From a virus (Duplodnaviria; Caudoviricetes): DNA of 64,000 bases. The stretch covers positions 1,711-65,710 of the IMG/VR virus record IMGVR_UViG_3300026484_000515; one strand, written 5' to 3'. This document shows positions 58,807 to 64,000 of this stretch, in pieces. The notes under the pieces were generated by a model. That model searched no databases. It saw only the letters and a program-made list of their open reading frames with translations, and was not told the origin of the DNA. Position 1 is the stretch's first letter, and every line of letters starts with the position of its first letter. The translations under genes were made by a program, and so were the position numbers.

Positions 58807-59507
58807 TGGCAAGAGATTATCCATTTTATTTTAACAACAATATAGATAATCCGGAAGCAGATACATTAGAAGAGATATATGATGAAGCAATAGCATTACA
58901 TTCTTATCAGGTTTATTACATTGTAAGAGAATTTGCAGGGGAAATTGTTGGATTTGGTGAATTTCAAACTAAAGTAATGAAAAAAGCGATTCCGGTAAGA
59001 ATGTATATAGAAGAAATAGATGATTTTGGTGGACCTGGAGAATTATTTTCCAAATTTGGTTATGTTTTAAGGGAATCAATTACTCTTTATGTTTCAAAGA
59101 AAGAACTTGAAAGATGTAAAATAGTGCCTAAAGTTCAGGATTTAATATTTGTTCCTGTTATGAACAATAAGGTTTTTGAAATACAATTTGTTGATGATGA
59201 TTCAAGGACAGGTTCATTTTATACTTTAGGTAGATGTTTTGGATATAAATTAATTGCTAATTTGTTTAATTTTGATTATTCTGAAATCTGTGATGATATT
59301 TCTGAATGTAAACATCCTGAATGTCTTATGAGAACAAATGAAGAAAGAATGAAGCAGGATATAGAAAAACTTGAAAGATTACTTGACATTGAAATACAAA
59401 ATTATGATGGAATTGTAAATGAATTAATTGATGAAAATGAAGCACCAGAATCTGCTGATGAAATTGTTGATGATACAGAAAAACACAAATTGGGGTTGTT
59501 AGACTAA
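58806..59507 (+). CDS. gp14: Neck protein gp14
   Basis: EAI...YYIVRE...FGE, MYIE..DDFGG.GELFSKFG, P...DLIF.P...FEI.FV, FYTLG. Confidence 0.92.
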   Translation: MARDYPFYFNNNIDNPEADTLEEIYDEAIALHSYQVYYIVREFAGEIVGFGEFQTKVMKKAIPVRMYIEEIDDFGGPGELFSKFGYVLRESITLYVSKKELERCKIVPKVQDLIFVPVMNNKVFEIQFVDDDSRTGSFYTLGRCFGYKLIANLFNFDYSEICDDISECKHPECLMRTNEERMKQDIEKLERLLDIEIQNYDGIVNELIDENEAPESADEIVDDTEKHKLGLLD

Positions 59508-59508
59508 A

Positions 59509-60306
59509 ATGATTTTCCATTATCCTAAAAATATAACGTTAAAATCGCTTATAGCGTTTATGGATTTGTTTAACAACATTCAAATTGCAAAATGGGATGA
59601 ACATGGGAATATAACAAGAATTTTTAGAGTTCCTATAAATTTTGCTTCAAGGGAAAAAATATTAGCAATTCTTGAAAATCCTGCTTTATTAGAACCATTG
59701 AATTTACAAGAAGGAACACCTATGGAAGTGAATCTAAATTTAATTCTTCCGAGGATAGCAGTTTCTTTAAATGGAATTTCTTATGATTCTTCAAGGAAAG
59801 TCAACAAGTTGAATAAGTTTTATGATAAAGAAGGGCATCAGTATTTATATATGCCTGTTCCTTATAATATAGAAATATCAATGTTTATCATCTCAAAAAC
59901 AATTTATGATTTATTCCAGATAATAGAACAAATTTTGCCTTTCTTTTCACCTGAATACACAATAGATATCAAATTTCTTGGTGATGAATTTCCTTCTGAA
60001 TCTGTTCCGATTGTTTTGACAGGTGTTAATTTGGATATTCCGCCTGAATTAGGACCTGAAGAGGAAAGGATAATTAATGCTGAATTAAACTTTATTATGA
60101 AAGTAAATTATCACTTCTTTAAACTTGATGCTAAGAAGATACTCAAAATTGATACAAACTTCCTTGATTTAGATACATACAAAAAATTTGAAACTTATCG
60201 TTTGAAAGCATTAAATACTGAACCGCTATATCCTAAAGAAGAAAGAGATAAAGAACCGGTAAAAGAGGAAATTATTAATTGGATAGAGGATGAAGAAAAT
60301 GACTAA
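59509..60306 (+). CDS. gp15: Tail sheath stabiliser/terminator gp15
   Basis: F.DLFNNI, VPI.FA.REK, ILPRI, YD..RK.N, PVPYN, QIIEQILPFF.P. Confidence 0.93.
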   Translation: MIFHYPKNITLKSLIAFMDLFNNIQIAKWDEHGNITRIFRVPINFASREKILAILENPALLEPLNLQEGTPMEVNLNLILPRIAVSLNGISYDSSRKVNKLNKFYDKEGHQYLYMPVPYNIEISMFIISKTIYDLFQIIEQILPFFSPEYTIDIKFLGDEFPSESVPIVLTGVNLDIPPELGPEEERIINAELNFIMKVNYHFFKLDAKKILKIDTNFLDLDTYKKFETYRLKALNTEPLYPKEERDKEPVKEEIINWIEDEEND

Positions 60307-60457
60307 TTGGTATGAAATAGAAGATTTGTTTGAAAGATTTGAGGAATTAGTTGAAAAATACAAAAAGGTTAAAGAAAAGGATAAAGATGAAGATGAGAAA
60401 AAAGAAAGAGAATTTTTTATAAAACTTCCTAAAAAGGAAAGAAGGAGGAGGAAATGA
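60299..60457 (+). CDS. small hypothetical protein (52 aa)
   Basis: Manual translation MTNWYEIEDLFERFEELVEKYKKVKEKDKDEDEKKEREFFIKLPKKERRRRK; fills gap. Confidence 0.5.
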   Translation: MTNWYEIEDLFERFEELVEKYKKVKEKDKDEDEKKEREFFIKLPKKERRRRK

Positions 60458-60744
60458 AGTATCTATTTCGCTGTGAAAAATGTGGAATAGAAAGAGAATA
60501 TGAAATGAGTATTTCTGAATATGAAGAGAAAAAGAACAATCTTTTTTGTGAATGTGGTGGTAAAATGAAAAGAGTTTATCATGTTGTGAATTTTATTCTC
60601 AAAGGAAGTGGATGGTATAGAGATCATCTTTATGGAATAACAGATAGAGAAATGCAAAGAAATAGAGATGAAGATATGAAACTTGAGGAGCAAGTAAATT
60701 CTGGAAAACTAAAAAGAGAAGAGGCACTCTTAGAGAGGAAATAA
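60454..60744 (+). CDS. FmdB-family zinc-ribbon protein
   Basis: YLFRCEKCG...CECGGKMKRV...FILKGSGWY.. Confidence 0.85.
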   Translation: MKYLFRCEKCGIEREYEMSISEYEEKKNNLFCECGGKMKRVYHVVNFILKGSGWYRDHLYGITDREMQRNRDEDMKLEEQVNSGKLKREEALLERK

Positions 60745-61055
60745 TGAAAAGAAAGGAAAAGATTAAATTAGCAAACATCTATAAAAGATCTTTTTCAACG
60801 ACAAGAAAATTTGAAGAAGACGTAAAAAATTTTCACAGGTTAAATTACTATCTGGTAAAATACATTCAATTTAGAAAGCAATCATTAAAGAATGAATTGA
60901 TTTCCATTTTAAAATATCTTAACAACATTTTTGGTTTAAAAGAAATAATTGAATTAGGTATTTTTCATAACGTAATAAAAAAGGACTATTTTCCTCTATT
61001 GAAAGAAATTATTGAAATCTACTTTAATTTGGAGATACAAGATGATTCTAAGTGA
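60744..61055 (+). CDS. hypothetical protein (conserved T4-like type)
   Basis: FEEDVK.F..L...L.KY...LNNIFG pattern seen in T4-like phages. Confidence 0.6.
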   Translation: MKRKEKIKLANIYKRSFSTTRKFEEDVKNFHRLNYYLVKYIQFRKQSLKNELISILKYLNNIFGLKEIIELGIFHNVIKKDYFPLLKEIIEIYFNLEIQDDSK

Positions 61056-61569
61056 ATCATTAACAGATACATACATCGTTTATCTTATAGTTAAAAAACT
61101 CCTTAAACCATGGAAAGAATGGGATGCATATAAACTTGGTATAATAGACGAAAATGGAAATAAGATTAAAAAACCTAAAACTCCTGAAGAGAAAAAAGCA
61201 TGGACAATTCTTGATCGTTTAATTTGGAAAGTAAAAAGATTACTTGAAAAATTTGTTGGAAAGAATAAACTTATTCAATACTTTGCTATAGCATATCTTT
61301 TAAAAGAGGATTTTAAAGTTATTGCTCGTGCTAATTCTAAATATCTTCAATTACTAGAAGAAACTATAAAAAACGAAAATCCTCAAGTTATATTATATTC
61401 GTATAAACTATTAAAGGAAATTGAACCTATTCTTAAAGAAAAAGTTAGACCTGTTTACGACATAAATGAAGGTGAATTCTTAGCAGTTTTAACTGAAATA
61501 GACACTATTGAAGATCTATTTGAAGAAAATGAATATCTTAAAATGTTAGAAAAAGAATCATTTAGATAA
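61042..61569 (+). CDS. Conserved T4-like hypothetical (likely head) protein
   Basis: KKLLKPWKEWDAYKLGIIDENGN...EEKKAWT.LDRL...KRLL; GGAG SD supports ATG 61042. Confidence 0.7.
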   Translation: MILSESLTDTYIVYLIVKKLLKPWKEWDAYKLGIIDENGNKIKKPKTPEEKKAWTILDRLIWKVKRLLEKFVGKNKLIQYFAIAYLLKEDFKVIARANSKYLQLLEETIKNENPQVILYSYKLLKEIEPILKEKVRPVYDINEGEFLAVLTEIDTIEDLFEENEYLKMLEKESFR

Positions 61570-61604
61570 ATAAAAATGAATTCAAAAACTTGGAGAGGTA
61601 GATA

Positions 61605-62231
61605 ATGGCTGAAAACGTAAATATAACTTCTGCTTCATCTGTTACTGATATGGGCGGTTCTGATGATTGTTTAGATCCTAAATTCTGGAAAGGTGATCCT
61701 TATATGGACGTTGAAAAATGGGAAAATCCTCTTCCTAAACAAATTAAAAAAGCTAAAAAGATCGTAATAGACGATACAAATAAACCAGATGAGTTTATTT
61801 TTGGAGAGCCTTGTTTTATAATAGAAGACGACGAACTTTGTAACTTTTTAACAGGTAGAAAAGTTCATTGGAGATGGTTAAAACAAACAAAAAATGAAAG
61901 GTTAAGAAATTTTGCTAAAAAGAATCCTGGAATTTCTTTCTTTATTAAGACCAAAAATGGTGAATATTATAAAGTATATTATCCAAAATCATTTAAGGGG
62001 TCTAAGATGATAGAGAGAAAGTTTATAAACGTATTAAAAGATGGTAACAAGTTAATAATTGAATTCAAAGAAAGAGAAGGTTTTAATGCTTTTATGAAAG
62101 GATTAAAAGAAAATAAGAACTTCTGGATGATGCATCCTCATACAAAAGAAATGGTAGAAGAAATTAAAAGTGACGTAAAACATAGATATATTTTCGTAAA
62201 ATATGGAGACTTTTATACCCAAATCAAATAA
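61605..62231 (+). CDS. hypothetical protein
   Basis: 208-aa ORF, GAGG SD. Confidence 0.7.
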   Translation: MAENVNITSASSVTDMGGSDDCLDPKFWKGDPYMDVEKWENPLPKQIKKAKKIVIDDTNKPDEFIFGEPCFIIEDDELCNFLTGRKVHWRWLKQTKNERLRNFAKKNPGISFFIKTKNGEYYKVYYPKSFKGSKMIERKFINVLKDGNKLIIEFKEREGFNAFMKGLKENKNFWMMHPHTKEMVEEIKSDVKHRYIFVKYGDFYTQIK

Positions 62232-62252
62232 CTTTAGAAGGAGGAATCTATA

Positions 62253-62441
62253 ATGAGAGTAATTGAAGAAGCTAAGAAAACCCTAATCAACAAACCTGTA
62301 AGAGTTTATCTTTCTAACAAAGTTATGTTAGAAGGAAAATTAACTAACATTGACGAAGTTGGTGTTGTTTTAGATGGAAAAACATTTGCATTTCTTTCAA
62401 ATGTTATTTCTGTTGTCCCTGATGAAGAAAAGAAAGAATAA
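62253..62441 (+). CDS. Hfq/LSm-like RNA-binding protein
   Basis: NKPVRVYLSNKVMLEGKLTNIDEVGVVL...FAFLSNVISVVP aligns with Hfq [26 protein letters not shown]...MVYKHAISTVVP; GGAGG SD. Confidence 0.7.
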   Translation: MRVIEEAKKTLINKPVRVYLSNKVMLEGKLTNIDEVGVVLDGKTFAFLSNVISVVPDEEKKE

Positions 62442-62477
62442 ATGAAGGAGGGATATAAGATGGTAGGAGGATAAATT

Positions 62478-64000
62478 ATGGAAATGTTAAGCCCTGGAGT
62501 TCAAATAGTAGAAAGAGATATAAGTTTAACAGCAAAACAAGTTCCATCATCTATAACTGCTATAATTTGTCGTTCTGATTGGGGTGAAGCACTAAAACCT
62601 ATTCCTGTTACTTCTGAAGCAGAACTCGTAGAAAAGTTTGGAAAACCAGATAATTGGAATTATGAAGATTGGTTTCAAGCATGGAATTTCCTTCAATATT
62701 CAAGAAATTTATACGTAATAAGACCAATTAATCCAGAAGTTAGAAATCCTGGAATTCTTCTTGATAAGGATTCTTCTGATTCTCTAAAAGCAAACGTTCA
62801 ATATGCATCATTTGAAAAGTTTTATAATTCAGATCAAGCTGAACTCCAGATTTCTAGAATGACCTCTTCAACTAAATTAACTTTTATTTTCAAATACGTT
62901 TCTTCAAAAGCAAAAGATTTTGGTATTGCTGTATGTTCATCTGCTGAATGTTGGAATAAACCTATAGCAGTTACTTCATTTGTTCTTCCTGATAAAACAG
63001 CTGGTGAATATGATATCTCTGGATTCGAATTTAAGACAAAACAAGTAGTAGTAGTTTATTATGAAAATGGTATTACAAAATACCTTAAAGAAGGAATAGA
63101 CTATACTATTGATTGGGATCAAAAGAAATTAAACTTGTTAAGAGACGTCCCCTCTAATCCTGAAGTTAGAAATATTGTATTTGATGCAACTATTCAGCCA
63201 GTTGATGGTTCACCTCCACTTCCATTTAGTGAATTCTTTGAATACGAACCTGATTGGGAAAATAATGAATTTGCTGTTTTAGTGTTCCAGAAAGATGAAG
63301 AGACTGGATTGTATTCTCTTGCTGAAAGTTTCATTTGTAATTATCAACCTAATAAGAGAGATGCTTATGGAAGGAATTATTTCGTAGAAGAAGTGTTCTT
63401 ACATCGTTCAAAATACTTCTATGTTAAAGTTGGCGAAGGAGAAAAAGTTAATACTGCTAATAATACTCTCATCACTGTAAAATTTTCAGATGATATGAAC
63501 GTTTATCCTCATAAAGGATCAGTTGCTACAAATGATTTAGATTATGATGGATCAGCATGGACAGAAGCTGACATAATGAATGCTGAACAGCTTCTCTCAA
63601 ATCCTGAAGAATTTAAAGTGAACTTAATAGTTGCTCATAAACTTGATATTAATGGATTACCTACAATAGCAGATCAAAGAAAAGATTGTTTCTGTATAGT
63701 TCCTCTTTACGATCAAGAAATATTAGGTTTATCTGCTTCAGATGCTACTGCATACATTATAGAGAATTACGGAACAAGATCACCTAAAATTGATAAACCA
63801 TTTAATGCTTACAATTCCTATACTGGATTATACGGTAACATCAAATATCAATATGATAAATTCAGTGACGTAAACAGATGGATTCCTGTTGGTGGAGATA
63901 TAGCTGGTCTAATTGCACAAATGGATAAGAATTACGATCCATGGTGGGCACCTGCTGGATTTGATAGAGGTAAAATAAGAAACGTTATAAAACTTGCTTT
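62478..64000 (+). CDS. gp18: Tail sheath protein gp18 (truncated by window end)
   Basis: Manual translation MEMLSPGVQIVERDISL...FG.P...NFLQY...RKDCF...YDKFSDVNRWIPVGGDIAGL...PWWAPAGFDRG.I.NVIKLA. Confidence 0.95.
   Translation, partial: MEMLSPGVQIVERDISLTAKQVPSSITAIICRSDWGEALKPIPVTSEAELVEKFGKPDNWNYEDWFQAWNFLQYSRNLYVIRPINPEVRNPGILLDKDSSDSLKANVQYASFEKFYNSDQAELQISRMTSSTKLTFIFKYVSSKAKDFGIAVCSSAECWNKPIAVTSFVLPDKTAGEYDISGFEFKTKQVVVVYYENGITKYLKEGIDYTIDWDQKKLNLLRDVPSNPEVRNIVFDATIQPVDGSPPLPFSEFFEYEPDWENNEFAVLVFQKDEETGLYSLAESFICNYQPNKRDAYGRNYFVEEVFLHRSKYFYVKVGEGEKVNTANNTLITVKFSDDMNVYPHKGSVATNDLDYDGSAWTEADIMNAEQLLSNPEEFKVNLIVAHKLDINGLPTIADQRKDCFCIVPLYDQEILGLSASDATAYIIENYGTRSPKIDKPFNAYNSYTGLYGNIKYQYDKFSDVNRWIPVGGDIAGLIAQMDKNYDPWWAPAGFDRGKIRNVIKLA

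Noticed and set aside
62442-62474. 10-codon mini-ORF with duplicated SD sequences before gp18
   Set aside because: Too short to support; most simply a duplicated ribosome-binding region.
1-64000. CRISPR array, DGR/retron or large structured ncRNA
   Set aside because: No direct-repeat/spacer array, no reverse transcriptase motif, and no unexplained intergenic stretch longer than about 100 nt once small ORFs are annotated.
1-64000. Stop-codon reassignment (alternative genetic code)
   Set aside because: Core genes are full length in code 11, and TAA, TAG and TGA all end genes with tight coupling.

Overview
The window is a gene-dense, AT-rich segment of a large T4-like (Tevenvirinae-related, Far-T4/RM378-like) lytic myovirus. 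The host is probably Gram-negative (spanins, GH108 endolysin) and possibly thermophilic (K/E-rich proteome; inference). Bases 1-6813 are minus-strand genes: a partial class II ribonucleotide reductase, a secreted caspase-like protein, an Hjc-type resolvase and orphans. From 6916 onward the genes are on the plus strand. They include an 818-aa Rep/primase-like protein, tRNA-Thr(UGU), the T4 replication/recombination/late-transcription core (uvsY, uvsW, gp55, gp47, gp46, gp33, uvsX, gp41, dut, gp32, gp45, gp44, gp62, split gp43, rnh, gp61), baseplate genes (gp26, gp51, gp29, gp48, gp53, gp27-like, split gp5), terminase, spanins, gp13/14/15 and the start of tail sheath gp18. Most notable: (1) two unlinked nucleotidyl-transfer enzymes (Pol-beta-like and ligase-like) share a T4-type capsid-targeting leader, suggesting an injected enzyme pair; (2) the DNA polymerase is split into exonuclease and polymerase genes with a DNA methyltransferase-TRD gene between them; (3) the Rep-like gene contains the strand-composition switch and may hold the origin; (4) there are Hfq-like, U32-family, caspase-like and DUF401-like accessory genes; (5) GATC avoidance is abruptly lost after about 60.6 kb. 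All family calls come from motif recognition by eye, not from database searches.
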